Assembly (NCBI RefSeq): GCF_964355755.1 | Contig: NC_092674.1 | Span: 6,634,001 to 6,698,000, forward strand | Source: Antedon mediterranea | Taxonomy: Eukaryota; Animalia; Echinodermata | Direction of reading: 5' to 3' | DNA length: 64,000 bases | Shown here: positions 1-13,806 of the stretch, piece by piece | Position numbering within the stretch: the first letter of the stretch is position 1 | Layout of the letters: the number at the start of each line of letters is the position of its first letter | Made by a program: the position numbers and the translations under genes | Notes under the pieces: model-generated | Databases searched by the model: none | Told to the model about the DNA's origin: nothing | The model's input: only the letters and a program-made list of their open reading frames with translations

Positions 1-60
1 TCTCAGTGCTGTATCTTCACATACGAAAATATTTGCAAGGCAGCATCATAGGAGGAATAT

Positions 61-2226
61 TAGACTTGCTCCAAGTCTGTATTTATTGTCTTTTTTATGT
101 CATTCCACACGTCGTCGTTTTGACAGCTCAAGTAGTACGTATGAAACGCCATATGTGCAAAAATGTTTATCTTTTTACAAATATTAAGACAAAACTCCGT
201 CTGGAACTAGAGGAATATCAGTATCTTATTTGTAGGCCTATGTGGTGCCTGTATCAAGGGTTAGGCTATGGTCTATGGTGCTATGTCTGTGTAAATTGGC
301 CTTACCGAGAATAGGCTATGCAGTTGCGAGAATACATTAGGATAAAGACTTTTTTTTTTCATAAGTTTCCATTCATCAGGTAAAGTCTTTGAAAGACATA
401 TCAGACCTAGCTATATCTCCGACTGAAAGTTCTCATTCATCAAGTGGGCGTTTTATTATATGTGATTTAACCAATTTGAAGGTGGCAACCTCAACAAGAA
501 CCAAAATAGTGAACTATTTTCTTATTATCAAAAATCGATTTAAGTTTCACAAATGCAGCTGTGTGAGCGGTCGGAATTTGAAGTCTCCGCGTGTGACGTA
601 GACCACGTGACATTCAAAATAGTGCCAATGGCCAAGTCTCATGCGAATAGGACCACACATTAATGCGGTTAATCTGCTTTGTAAAATAGAACTACTTAAA
701 AGAGAGTAAAGAGGTAAATTAACCGCGTAAATTACGGTAACGGTATCGCAGCCGAGGTTGATATTAATGCAAAACAAACCATGTAGTGGAACACGACGAT
801 TTAAACTTCATTCTAATTTTTTTTTTTTCATAAAAAAAAAATTAAAATGAACGTGGCATGAATATCAATAGCAACACACTTTTTTAAAATACTAAATGGG
901 TTGAAATGCATATGCACGCCTCTTGGTCTAATAGTTCTAAAGTTTGAAACACAAAATACAAAATATCACATACTGAACTAGACTTGCTCCAAGTCTGTAT
1001 TTATTTTCTTTTTTATTTATTTTGTTTATACAAACTCAAGTAGTATACGTATGAAACGCCATATGTAAAAACTATTTATCTTTTTACTAATATTAAGTCA
1101 AAACTCCGTCTGGAACCCAGACTAATACTGAACATACGTCTTCTATCTTTCAAACGTGCGTAAAATAAAACGACTACGAATACGTAAACCTAGCAGACTT
1201 TTTTCCTGAATTGCTCTTTTTAATTTAGAGACCAACAGTAAAAATGCTATAGTTTTAATAGGCCTCATCTACTTAGGTAGGCCTACTATCTTTTCTTTAG
1301 TTGCTACGCTTGGGGAAAAAGAACCCCAATGTCTATCTATAACGGGCTTGAACTTTGGAATATTGCTGGGAAGGCTTGCGAGGGAAGCCCACATAACAAT
1401 TTTAATTATGTAGTCATCGTACTTATACATGAAGCAGAACATCTTTAAATTCTTTTATGCAATATGTTTTCTAAACTATATAATAATTAATAATCACTTA
1501 AGTGTATTATAATAGCGATTATCTACTTAATGTTAATGATCATAATCTGTGCGTGGTCAAAACGCATACGTTGAACGGTCAATTATTACTTTTAAAAACG
1601 GCCAGAGTTTGACCATACGGTATGAAATATGCATGGCTTGTTACGACGAATCAATCACTTCTTAATCTGAGTTAAGATAATGATAAATCTATATAAATTT
1701 GTAAAAAACATCAATGTCAATATGTTGCGTTTGCGCGGGTCACATAACTAATGGTAAAGAGTTTGTTTCTAGATTATTTAATGTTTCAGCGATGGATAAA
1801 AACATGGGTTTGTTACTTCTATTCTCGGTGATTGAAGTATATTATTCATGATAGATTACCGGTATATAGTATAACCATAACATGTTTTTTGTGACGTTTC
1901 ATGAGGGGTCCCCAACTTATGTACGAAAAGAATTATCGCGGCCTGGGACGTTTCGGCGCAAGGACTATTCGGCCCAGAAACGTTTTGTCCCCGAGACGTT
2001 TTGGGCCATTCAATCATGTTTAAAGTGCAAACAAATATTAAAGCTTGGGTAGGTACCGTACAGTAGGATACTATACTTGTTTTAAGTCTGCAGTTACTGT
2101 CTTTTTATGTTAGGCCACCAGTCGGCTTTTCGATGTTTTTCTGAAGCTCAAGTACGGTAGTATACGTATAAAACGCCATGTACCAACATATTTATCTTTT
2201 TACTAATAATTATTAAGTCAAAACTT
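61..2226 (+). repeat. Three dispersed diverged copies of a ~150-bp block (61-207, 979-1116, ~2076-2226)
   Basis: Copies 1 and 2 share tagacttgctccaagtctgtatttatt...ctcaagtagta..cgtatgaaacgccatatg...tttatctttttac.aatattaag.caaaactccgtctggaac; the third is more diverged. Spacing is ~0.92 and ~1.1 kb. Confidence 0.8.
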
Positions 2227-3489
2227 CTATAGGTGTACGTGTACCTTGGTATATCGATTTGTTTTCACATAGAAGACACTCCATTTTTATTCGAAAAATG
2301 TAAATTTTCAATTAGACAATTCAATATTTTCCTTTATTTTTTGGACGATGTTTCACCTCCCTCACAGGGTTTGCAATATAATAGACATTCATGATATGAA
2401 ATGTCTTAATTTTGAGAGTAAACCCCCAAGGACCCAAGATTAGAAATGAAGAAAGGTGAAAACACTGCAGGTAAATTGGTCCTTATCCCAACTTGTTAAG
2501 ATAAGATCAGCTGTAATCCCGGTACAATTTCACACGCATGGCATGATTTCTTACACTTTGTTACGACTACAATTTATTAATATAAAAGTAACAAAAGTCT
2601 GTCTCCTTGGGTGCTAGGCCTAAGGTTGAGTAAAGTGAGAATTACGAGGTACTCTCAAGAGGACTGTATATTCTAATATCACGAATGGAGTTACGCTTAA
2701 CGTTTTTCAATTTTTATTACTAGGAATTCGCAACATGTTGGGTATAAAAAGTACTGAATAATCCGATTATAGCTTTTGTAAAAAATCACAACATGGTTTT
2801 CATTTAAATATTCGTCGGCAAAGTTCGAAAAGCGGTTATTTCGAGAAAGGCCAGGTGGTAAAATGTAACTGTTACATTGTCCTAGCCTGTTGAACCCGGC
2901 ATATAACGCAATTTTAACATGTTGCAAAATTGCAATTATGAGTATAATCTTGAGAAATTTCTCAACTCATTACATTTTAATCGATTCAAAATAAAATAAA
3001 ATCAGCTCCAATAATATATTTAGGTTCTTTTCCGATAAAACTAATTTTCGAATTGGAAAACACCTAAGGCTAGCCCTTAAGTGGAATGGTTCATCAAAGA
3101 AACGTTTCGGCACAATTTCATCTGAAATAAGATTACATCAACCATCGAAAAGAACTAATTTAACAATTAGGTAAATAATAAAATGCTGTCATATTTTGTA
3201 ACAATCATTTTTTCCCACTGTTTTGAATTATTCTAACATCACATAACTCGACAGCATTGTATTGCTGTTTTATTTGAATGATTTATTATTTATTAATGCC
3301 ATTCAGATAACATATCAGATAGGCTAATGGCATCATTGATTCTATACATTTGAATTATATATTTGATTGATTCAATTGTACATTTAATGTAATGATATCA
3401 TAAAAATGGTGTTAATATTTCGTATAAGGTTCAGGTCTTTTTATTTATTTTTTAAATTTTATTTTAATTTAATTAGGGTGATCCATCCC

Positions 3490-3666
3490 TCAGAGGTTCA
3501 CAAGACAAACATATACACAAGATGCTCTATATAAACAAAGTCTTATTACAAGTCTTTGGGAGTGGAGTTGTAATTTTGTCCTTAGACAAAAATCCTGACA
3601 TGTGACGGAACTGGAACCCAGGACCCTTGAAGTGGTAGCCAAACATCATAACCTCCAAGCCACAAT
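3490..3666 (-). mobile_element. Degraded tRNA-derived SINE-like element
   Basis: Minus strand reads tggcttggagg (A-box-like) ... gggttccagttcc (B-box-like). The body motif tctttgggagtggagtt recurs near 18995. Confidence 0.45.
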
Positions 3667-3788
3667 TCTACACTACCAAACTTTATGTGAAAAAATGTGA
3701 TGTACCCATTATAATGTGGACACGATGATGTCATATTACTACCATATTTGGGCACTTTTCTGTGTCAAACTATTTGATAGTAGACAGC
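3667..3788. mobile_element. MITE family A (PIF/Harbinger-like), degraded copy
   Basis: tctacactaccaaactttatgtga...caaactatttgatagtagacagc matches the family A ends and the internal ctaccatatttgggcac motif. Confidence 0.75.
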
Positions 3789-4074
3789 ATTTTGAATCGA
3801 TGAATTAAATATTTTGAATTAAATATATTTGATTTAATGCATGATATCTCAAAAAGGTGTTCCAAAAAACTCCGTTATTACGCAAGGTCCAGTGATCTAT
3901 ATTCTTCAAACTGGTATTGATTAATTTTTTTATTTTCTCTTTGTAATTATTGGGGTAACCTTTAAATTCCTTTACATTTATCTTACTCTAAAATGTTCCA
4001 AACATATAAACGTCCAGAAGCATTATTAAAACTAGTCGGACCTTGGATATTTTCTCAATCAGAAAGAAACGATC

Positions 4075-5340
4075 GTGTTCGTCATTTTGTTTCAATCGAA
4101 AGAGATTGTGCTGTTCAGTCGAAAGAGATTGTGTTGTTCAGTTGGTTTCAATCGAAAGAGATTGTGCTGTTCATTTTGTTTCAACAATCGAAATAAAGTG
4201 TGTTGTTCAGTCGAAATAGATTGTGTCGTTCAGTTGGTTTCAATCGAAAGAGATTGTGCTGTTCAGTTGGTTTCAATCGAAATAGATTGTGCTGTTCAGT
4301 TGGTTTCAATCGAAATAGATTGTGTTGTTCAGTTGGTTTCAATCGAAAGAGATTGTGCTGTTCAGTTGGTTTCAATCGAAATAGATTGTGCTGTTCAGTT
4401 GGTTTCAATCGAAAGAGATTGTTTGTTCAGTTGGTTTCAATCGAAAGAGATTGTGCTGTTCAGTTGGTTTCAATCGAAAGAGATTGTGCTGTTCAGTTGG
4501 TTTCAATCGAAATAGATTGTGCTGTTCAGTTGGTTTCAATCGAAATAGATTGTGTTGTTCAGTTGGTTTCAATCGAGATAGATTGTGCTGTTCAGTTGGT
4601 TTCAATCGAAATAGATTGTGTTGTTCAGTTGGTTTCAATCGAAATAGATTGTGTTTTCCAGTTGGTTTCAATCGAAATAGATTGTGTCGTTCAGTTGGTT
4701 TCAATCGAAAGAGATTGTGCTGTTCAGTTGGTTTTAGTCGAAAGAGATTGTGCTGTTCAGTTGGTTTCAATAGAAATAGATTGTGTTGTTCAGTTGGTTT
4801 CAATCGAAAGAGATTGTGCTGTTCAGTTGGTTTCAATCGAAAGAGATTGTGCTGTTCAGTTGGTTTCAATCGAAAGAGATTGTGCTGTTCAGTTGGTTTC
4901 AATCGAAAGAGATTGTGTTGTTCAGTTTGTTTCAATCGGAAGAGATTGTGTTGTTCAGTTGGTTTCAATCGAAAGAGATTGTGCTGTTCAGTTGGTTTCA
5001 ATCGAAATAGATTGTGCTGTTCAGTTGGTTTCAATCGAAATAGATGCTGTTCAGTTGGTTTCAATCGAAAGAGATTGTGCTGTTCAGTTTGTTTCAATCG
5101 AAAGTGATGCTGTTCAGTTGGTTTCAATCGAAAGAGATTGTGCTGTTCATTTTGTTTCAATCGAAAGAGATTGTGCTGTTCAGTTTGTTTCAATCGAAAG
5201 AGATTGTGCTGTCCAGTTTGTTTCAACAATCGAAATAAAGTTTGTTGTTCAGTCGAAATAGATTGTGTTTAGTTTGTTTAAATCGGAAGAGATTGTGCTG
5301 TTCAGGTTGATTCAATCGAAAGAGATTTTGCTGTTCAGTT
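4075..5340. repeat. 33-bp minisatellite, about 38 copies
   Basis: Unit ttcagttggtttcaatcgaaagagattgtgctg in tandem; it produces the 11-aa periodic ORFs. Confidence 0.97.
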
Positions 5341-6477
5341 GTTCAAATAAATATCACGTCTGACAAAATGTCTTGGTTCCTTAGAAGTTCTAGCTGCCAT
5401 CAAACGTGACAATGTTTCAATACATAGCAAAGAAAATCATAAATCATATTTGTGCATAATATGTATACATTGTTGATGACAACATGTCAATAATGTGATG
5501 TATAGCTCATACGTTATGTTATGCAAGAAATAACAGTCGAGTGTGTCATTCGCAATGGCGTATAGTTAATGGACAGAAAGAGAAAGAATCGATATGAAAT
5601 TAAACAAAGTTGTGTCATCAATGCATTTTTAGGAGATCACACTTATTCGTGAATAAATCTTAGTTCCCACTGGTGACGCAACGCAAAGATGTTGACGCAA
5701 CGGTGGTGATGCACCTGTAACATTGCGCAATATCGTTAAACGTAGGCCTAAATCAAGTAGGCCTACGAATGAATGAAACTTGTAGTACTTTGTACTTGAT
5801 CTACTATATTGAAAGGTTAAAATATAACATGAATTATGTAAAGCGCATTTCAAGATATTCATAAAAAATGCGCTATAAAAATGAGGTATTTATACATTTA
5901 TAAATCTAAATTACTTAATTTATATTAAACGATACAAAAATACTTTGCATTTGTTCAGTCAAAAGTTGATTTATAATTGGAACAAGGTACAGGGTGTCTG
6001 TATTACGAGGATAGCTCCCGGCAGCAGCAGGTCATAAGATGTTAGACAAGCGGTTTGCCTAGATTGGACTTGACAAGTAAAGAAAGGCACCACGGCGATT
6101 GCCTGGCGATTGCCTGTTAGATCATCTTAAAAGGCATGTCAGGAGAATGTTTTAGTGGCGGATGGCGTTTTTATGTGTTAAAAAGCTTCCAGATGACCCA
6201 GTATGTGTCAAATGACTTAGATTGGAAATTATGATATACATATATTTTGAAATGTGATATTATTAAGTTGACTTTATGAACTTTCTACTAAAAAGTTGTG
6301 TTTTGTAGCCACACCTATATAGGATGGGATGTTGCATGTAGTTCCAATGGATAGCACCATGACTCCCCAAGCCAGATAGTACATGCGCTATCTGTGGAAA
6401 ACTTTGTTAAATAATTTAAAATAACTTAAATCAATCATTTTGCCTTAATTTATTTAATCATTATTATCCTGGTTTTT

Positions 6478-6600
6478 GTTCAATTCAATTCAAATTTATT
6501 AATCATGGAGGCTCAGATCAACACATGGTTGTTCTTCCCTGGGGACGTGCACATTACATACAATAATACAATTTCAGACCAATGTTTTAATGTACAGTAT
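6478..6600 (-). mobile_element. Probable LINE 3' tail fragment
   Basis: Minus strand ends aataaatttgaattgaattgaa, a short-repeat tail of the CR1/L2 type. Confidence 0.4.
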
Positions 6601-7478
6601 ATAAATATATATTTAATATCGAATCTCGGTTGGGGCGACTTTTTCTCATTCTCACAGATTTTCTCATCTTTATCGTTTCAAATTAATTAATTAAATTTCA
6701 GTATAATACCGGGCGGTTTATAATTATTCGATGCCTGACGTGTTTAATATATATATATATATACTTTTCACTGAAAGCTGTATTTTGTAGCCTCACCACA
6801 GAATGGATTATACTATTTTAGTGATACCAGAGTTCCAATGGGTACTATCCCCATAAGATGCATATTTGTTTTCTTCAACTTCTGACTAAATTCTTACGAT
6901 AGGGTAGGCCTTTGTTTTTCCCCTTTCAAAATAAAAGTTTGTCTATACAGCGTCTGCGATCCCATGCTAAATCAACTGTGCTGAGTTGTTTCAACTTTGA
7001 CCTTTTAATCAAATGAACACAGCACACCGCAGGATGTCGAAAATCGTTTCATTCATAGAAATTACTACGCATTATATTTACGCGCGAGCGGTCTATGAAA
7101 CGCCACGGGAGCCGAACTTTACTCGAGTTAAAAAAAGCAACATAAGCGGTAGGCTAACTGCCTCGTCTGGATACTAATATAAAACACACAACATGGTTTG
7201 TAAAGAAAACAACCGTGCGGTTGTCAGCATTTATTTAGTGTCATAGTTGTGTAGGGTATCAACAAATGCTATATATTTAAATCAGATTATGATAATGAAC
7301 CGCTCCCATCCTCTCACACCCTATTTGCTCCTCGTGCTTATTATGTCGCTCGAATTTCTAAACTTAAAGACGTATTAAAAAGCAAATCGAATAATTGCAA
7401 TAATTTATCTTTAATTATCAATTAGACAAAATTGATAAAATAGATTTGTACGAGAGCAATTTTGCTGTGATGTTTATA

Positions 7479-7629
7479 CAGTAGAACTTCCTCTGGGACA
7501 CAACTATTCAAGGGAAATCTATAATTTCCCATGAAACGAACAAGGGTTATGCTTTAAAACTACGGTCAACACAGGGGACACCACTATTGAAAGGAACCTT
7601 TATTAGGTCCCTTAACAGAGGTTCGACTG
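7479..7629. mobile_element. MITE family B (Tc1/mariner-pogo-like), intact ends
   Basis: TA|cagtagaacttc...gaggttcgactg|TA: imperfect TIRs starting CAGT, TA on both flanks, internal ggggacaccactatt motif. Confidence 0.8.
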
Positions 7630-7694
7630 TATTTAATATATTAATACAGTTTATACTTACAGGCCAAATAAGCATATTAAAGAATTCTTACTAA

Positions 7695-7805
7695 TGCGTG
7701 GTTCCCACTAGAGACGCAAAACAATGACGTAACGCAGCGTAATTAAGGATTTGACCAATCACAAGCGATTGATTAATCGAACTGTCGCTTGTCATTGGTA
7801 ATGCT
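7695..7805. mobile_element. MITE family C, partial copy
   Basis: gcgtggttcccactagagacgca...ttgaccaatcacaagcga...tcgcttgtcattgg, as in the full copies at 13618 and 23081. Confidence 0.75.
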
Positions 7806-7827
7806 AAAGTACCGGTGCGGATTATAC

Positions 7828-8037
7828 GAGTAAATGTAATAGGACACTTAGCTCGCCTTGCCAAGATAGGAACTCCTAACAGTCCTTTGATCTTATGTCT
7901 GACTGCGACAAATACTACAGTACTGTACTATGTACATATTTTCCGCGGGGCGCGGTGTTTGTTAAGAGCGTAGAACCGATCGTGTCGCAACCACAGATAA
8001 ACCCTTTGATCTCCGGAGCTCATGCATTCATGCCTTG
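7828..8037. mobile_element. MITE family F (P-superfamily-like), inverted relative to 26899-27138
   Basis: agctcgccttgccaagataggaac...tttgatcttatgtctg.ctgcgacaaatac...cacagataaacc.tttgatctc.ggagctca is the reverse complement of the 26.9-kb and 59.4-kb copies; it ends in gccttg. Confidence 0.8.
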
Positions 8038-8759
8038 ATTTAACCACGTAACTTGTCTTAACACAATATCATATCACAAATTATGAATTATGTTACTATA
8101 TTTGAATACAGTTTGATTAATGTTATTCATCAAAAGGTGATGTATCAGCGAGAAAATGATACGTTGGTTCACTACTTTGTACAGTCATCACACGTTCACA
8201 TTAGATATCATCGCCAACGTATGACAGGCAATAAGGGGGTAACTAGGCCGATGCGAATATAGGTTAAAGATTTAAAGATATTTACAAGTCATGACCGGGG
8301 GAATCTACTCAAGAATGTTAACATACATCTTTCCATCATTATTATTATCAATGTAATCTTGAGATCGATCGATTGATTTAATTTTATATCATCGTATAGC
8401 GAATTCATTTACGTCGTATTTCGACGTTGATGCCTATCGCGGTGGCATCACTAAACTATAGCCCTGTCTCTATAATCACCGTGGACTGATACTGTGATGA
8501 TTGTCCAGCTTCGCTCGAGTACAGCCGCGTCTTCAATTATAGATAACATGGCAGCATGTGGAGTTGTATGCCATTCATAGAATATCTAGACATCGTGATG
8601 GAAAATTTTAAACTGAGATAAATATGCATTTTAAAGATATAATGCCAAACAAACAAACATTTGTAAAAAGGCCCTTTAAATGTAGTCTTTATAATAGTAT
8701 AATTTGTTTTAATAAAACTGAAATGTTAAGTAAATAGTCCACGGGGAAGCTGCATGCAA

Positions 8760-9006
8760 TGTTATTGTTTATTTTAAATTAATTAATTCATTTATTTGGT
8801 GGGTAGCGTAGAACGTTAAGGGATGGATGTGGGTTGTAGGATAATAACAATCATTTACCCGATACAACTGGAATTTTTAAAAAACAGTTCAAGGGAAGCC
8901 TTTATTCAAAGTTACTGTTTATTTATTTGTTATTATTAATAAATAAATAATTCATTTTGGTGAGTAACGTAGAACATTTTGGGATGGGTGTGAGATGTAG
9001 GATAAT
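8760..9006 (+). repeat. Diverged local duplication
   Basis: gtta.tgtttatt...tttggtg.gta.cgtagaac...gggatgg.tgtg...tgtaggataat occurs twice. Confidence 0.7.
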
Positions 9007-10356
9007 GGGTGCGTGAGTTCAAAGACCACCCCCATAAAGATTGCCAAAAATATTACCGCGAAAAGTTACGGTATTTATTCCCGGTGATTTCGTCATTAAA
9101 CTGTTTTAAATAAAGGTTCATTTTATAGCAGAAATCCGTTGCACGCGATGTACACGCAAGTTAATTATTATCGCTGTTCTCATATACAATGAACTTCTGT
9201 GATAAAGCATGCTTAACTAAAAAAATGAAAGCTATTGTTAGATTTACAAGCATGGTAATTAAAAGTAACCACATGCTTGTATAGTGCTAAATGAATGACA
9301 TGCTGAACAATAACGATTTAACATACTACATTAAACACTATTTAATGATCAGACTTCAGCCTGTGGCAATATTGGACCGAAATCAACCTCTATAAAGAAA
9401 CATTTAGGCCTAATCGGTGTCACTGAGGTATGCACTACTTCCGATTGTGGGATTGGGAAGAGAAGATTCCACGACAAAAGAACCAATGGTCATTTCGGCC
9501 TTAAGTGATATGTGCCCAAACCCTTTTAACCATCATTCTTTCATTAATAAATAAAAGCAAAGATTCACATTTTAGAACAATTTTAACGCGTTTTTTAACA
9601 ATAAAAATGTGTCGTTTTGTTGTTCGCGCGTTCTAACTTGTGACATATGACGTCAGGCGAAACAAACACTTAGAAAAGTATGTAGGCCTTGATGTGAATC
9701 AAACTATTTAATATCAATTATTACGGCCAATCAACTGCCCTTTATCTTGGATAGCATGCGTGGGATTCTCATATATAAGGTTTATTTAAATTCAGAGATG
9801 CTATTTTAAACAATGATTTATTGAATGAAGTTGTTGCTCTGTTTGGCATACTCAATTGTATTGTTTTTTCTTTGTATTTTCATTTTTAGTAAGCACATGC
9901 ATCAGGTCAGCAACTTATTGCTATCGTATTTTAACGTGCGTACATGTTTTTTTTAATGAAATATTAGTAAAATTATAAAACTGATCTCCTAATAATTCGT
10001 CAAAGTGAGCAATTAAATTCTATTTTTTTAAAATTTTATTTGAATTGCTAGAGGACTCTTTAATACCAGTTCTTTTTAAATAAAGAATCCTCTATAAAAA
10101 TGGTTAATAAAATAAAATATTATATAAATATCATATCTTATGTAATATAGATTAAATTCCAAAATTCGGTTTATTGCGTTGCGCTTTAAACAAAAAACAG
10201 ATGCAGTATGTAATTCCAAACGATTTAGTTAATTCTTAGCTAACCAAACTTAAATGGAAGTAATTACAATCAGTCTGGTCTCTTTATGAATGTCTATAAA
10301 AAAAGTACTGTTAAACTTTAGCATAAGAAGCTCATAAATATTAGAAATTACAATTA

Positions 10357-10503
10357 AGCTCTGTCTACACTATCAAACTTTATGTGACAAAAAAGTACCC
10401 AATAGTAGTGATATGCTTAAATACGGTAGTGGTATGACATCATCATGTCCATATATGGGCAGATCATGTTTTGTCACATAAAGTTTGATAGTGTAGACAG
10501 AGC
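10357..10503. mobile_element. MITE family A (PIF/Harbinger-like), well preserved
   Basis: Perfect ~35-bp TIR gctctgtctacactatcaaactttatgtgacaaaa / ttttgtcacataaagtttgatagtgtagacagagc. Confidence 0.9.
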
Positions 10504-10641
10504 GAAGGCTGTAACATTAAGTGTTATGAGAAATCGGGATGAGGGACGTGTGAAAGAAAACAAATGAAAAGAGGGGGAAAGAAAAAGAGAAAGGAAAAAC
10601 ATTTGTCACACAGAACTGCAGTGCTTCAACTTTTATGACAA

Positions 10642-10774
10642 TATTTGTCCAGAGGAAAATTTTGTAATACAGTAACGCACGTGGTGCCTGTAGTAGCATA
10701 AGGTTAAGGGTCAGGACAGGTCGTAACACATGTAATGCAGTATCACGGAGATTGCTTATGATACTCGACATATT
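10642..10774. mobile_element. Small TIR element (family H), related to 41831-41983
   Basis: Shares tggtgcctgta...taaggtta and tgcttatgatact.gaca with the 41.8-kb copy; the ends are imperfect inverted repeats. Confidence 0.55.
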
Positions 10775-11762
10775 AGTTAGATATCGAGAATTGGCTACAA
10801 AAAATAATATGCTTACAATTCAGAGATATTAATAATTACAATTAATTATAATTAATTTAAGCTTCCGTTTATACATGAAATAACATGATAATGCTTGTCT
10901 GAACAATATAATCCTGCGATACTGAATAAACTCGATTTACAGTATCAGGACAAAAGGAGATAGAGTATAATACGGTAGCAGGCAACAGGTTTTCTTTTAA
11001 CTGATTGTGTAATCCTGTATAAAGATGTTGTTAAATAAATAAATAAACTGAGAGCAAAACTTAATATTGGCTGTATTGGCCGCTCATACTATCAGTGCCA
11101 TTCAGAAGGATTACCTGCAGGATAGAGCTATATTCGGACCGCCCTGGACATCTTAACACTAACATTGTATCAATATTAATACATGTCATTCATATTAACC
11201 ATGGACATGATCCTGTCTACCTGTTGAAGGTATACCGCGTATCTTGGTAGGCCTAATAATAAATGTCATACAAATTTCTATCAATTTTAGAATTTCTCTA
11301 TTTAAAGATGCGTCAAAATAAATAGAAATTAAAGCATTAAAAAGTAAAACTGTCCATATGTTGACGTGTCAATCACGTTAATTAGCGTTTTGTATATCTT
11401 TATTTCTCATGTATTCCGAATGTTGGTTACCGTCCAACGTCCGTGTCGTTCTGACTGCTGAAAATAGTTTCATTTTAATGATAAAAATTTTTTAAATTAT
11501 CATCATTTAAATAAAGAAACTTCTTTCATTAGTGACACTTACCACTGTCGGTGAAATAGCACGTGTTGCGGAAGAATAGCGTGTACGATCAGACAGTCAA
11601 CCTGATATATGATGGTTGGTATAGTGCTTGTCTGGTATACATTCGTATACGGAATTCAACTATAAAACCGCTTTTCAATGCTTCAGTGTGGCTTGAAATT
11701 AATCACCATATAAATAGAAACATCACATTGATGCCCTGTATTATACATACAGTATAGTATTA

Positions 11763-11910
11763 AGTTCTGTCTACACTATCAAACTTTATGTGACAAAAAA
11801 ATGTGATGTGCCCATATATATACATGATGATATCATATCACTACCATATTTGGGTATACCACTACCATATTTGGGCACATCACACTTTTATTGTCAAACT
11901 AGTGTATACA
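11763..11910. mobile_element. MITE family A
   Basis: agttctgtctacactatcaaactttatgtgacaaaa left TIR and ctaccatatttggg subrepeats. Confidence 0.85.
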
Positions 11911-11923
11911 TATAGTTTATATA

Positions 11924-12092
11924 TTTGGGACCTAACAAAGTGTCCCCTTAATATAGAAATGTCCCTGAATATGAGTTGGTTGGCCATATTGTTAAAACAA
12001 AAAATATTACCCCTCGTTGATTTCACAAGAAAGTGTCCTCTTAATAGGGGTGTCCTCTTAATAGGGGTGTCCCAAAGAAGGGATTCAGTGTA
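11924..12092. mobile_element. MITE family B (right part)
   Basis: gggacctaacaaagtgtccccttaat...aaagtgtcctcttaataggggtgtcctcttaataggggtgtcccaaagaagggattcagtgta. Confidence 0.75.
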
Positions 12093-12564
12093 CTAATTCA
12101 AGGTCCTTTGCCCGTGAGTAACCCTCCCTCTCACGCCTCAATCAACACACAACAATTAAGAGGTCACTTTCACCTTAGCATCCCCTGATCCAACCGTCCC
12201 CTTCACTCTTCCTCAGTCAACATACTGACACATCAAGTGTTACTCTAAACACCCCCTGATCAATCTGCTTACTTCCCACCTCTCAACACACTGGCAACTG
12301 GCAATAACTAAATTATAACTATAGCTATAAAACTACACAAATGGACTTCAAAAACGATGCTAGGCCGCTGCCTCATCATCAATCATACTTCCTAACGATA
12401 TATTTTCATAAGGTACGGAAACAGCGCAGAGTGATCAGTGAAAACATGGAACAACCATGACGCCATGAGCCTAGAAAGTCAAATACGGTAGGTCTAATAA
12501 TTACAGATCACGTCATATGATGAAACTCTTTAAACAACGCGTGACACCAGAAGCTCAAAATGTA

Positions 12565-12850
12565 ACGCGCACGTTTAAAAGTTCATAAAAACTTTGTACG
12601 CACGCGTTAAACTTGTGGTGTTCACTGATGCAGACGCGCGCGTTAAAAAGTTGACTACAATGGTGAACTCGCGCGTTCATTATGTGGTGTTCACTGATAA
12701 AAAAGTAGACTACAATATAGTGAACTCGCGCATTCAATTTGTGGTGTTCAACTGATATAATAAACGCTCTTGCTTGACGAGCGCGTTAAAAGGTTGATAT
12801 CAACGGTGTACGCGCGCGTTCATTTTGTGGCGTCAGTGATAGACGCTCCT
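12565..12850. repeat. CpG-rich diverged tandem repeat (~65-70 bp, about 4 copies)
   Basis: Recurring cgcgcgttaaaaagttgactacaa..gtgaactcgcgcgttcatt.tgtggtgttcactgat. Confidence 0.75.
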
Positions 12851-13617
12851 GCTTTATGTATGAATATATTATTAGCGGTACCAGTCTCTTTTGTCTAATT
12901 AAATCATTAACAAATGAATAATCTGTGTATGTTATTAACCTTACTAGATAGGAAATTCGCATTATGTGATTGCTCTTTTAAAATTCAAATTTCATTTTCG
13001 TTTTTTAAAGTCCCAGGGTACTTTATAAAAACAATGCAGACACAGCTGCGTAAAGGAACCGTACACAGACTAAGTATGTCTAGAGAATCGCGACTACTCG
13101 CGCAACGACCGCCGTGCGAATATTTCGGCGTACACCCACTCACAGAACCAGACCTACCTACGCGACTGTATTTTTAATCTATGCGCCTATTTAAAATCTT
13201 ACAGATTACAGTTATTAAAACGTTATGTTAGATTACTTTATAAGTTTTCAGTTGCACACCATTTTGGTTTCTTGACATGAGTTGTGCGAGAGTACACAAT
13301 TTTAATACTCATAAATTACAATCAAAAGTTCTCTATACCATTAAATCGACATTATTTACAATAATGAACAATAATGACATTGACAATCACGTGTAGACAA
13401 TTGAGTACGTGTGTGTACGATTACAACGAGAAATTAGCATCAATTGACCTATTACGACACTTTGATTGACCCCATGTGTTGCACTTGTATCAGACTGGTA
13501 GGGCGCCTCAATTAAATACATAATTATGACCATATTAATATTCATATATTACTAATACCATAAGTGACTAATCGAAGCACCTTTGATTGCCGTCTGTCTC
13601 GAGTAAGCGCAACGTAA

Positions 13618-13789
13618 AGCGTGGTTCCCACTAGCGACACAACACAAGGACGTAACGCAACGCAAGTGAATTTATCAATCACAGGCGATGGCTTATTCGC
13701 TTTGAACTGTCTATAACTTCGCTTGTCATTGGTTAAAACGCTTGCGTTGCGTTTACGTCCTTGCGTTACGTTCTAGTGGGAACCAAGCT
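13618..13789. mobile_element. MITE family C (PIF/Harbinger-like), young copy
   Basis: taa|agcgtggttcccactag...ctagtgggaaccaagct|tta; internally palindromic and nearly identical to 23081-23259. Confidence 0.9.
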
Positions 13790-13806
13790 TTAGTTGTATC
13801 ACATAA

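Noticed and set aside
4075-5261. Long ORFs (up to 353 aa) on both strands
   Set aside because: They are translations of a 33-bp tandem repeat, open in several frames at once, with no unique domain or evident splice context.
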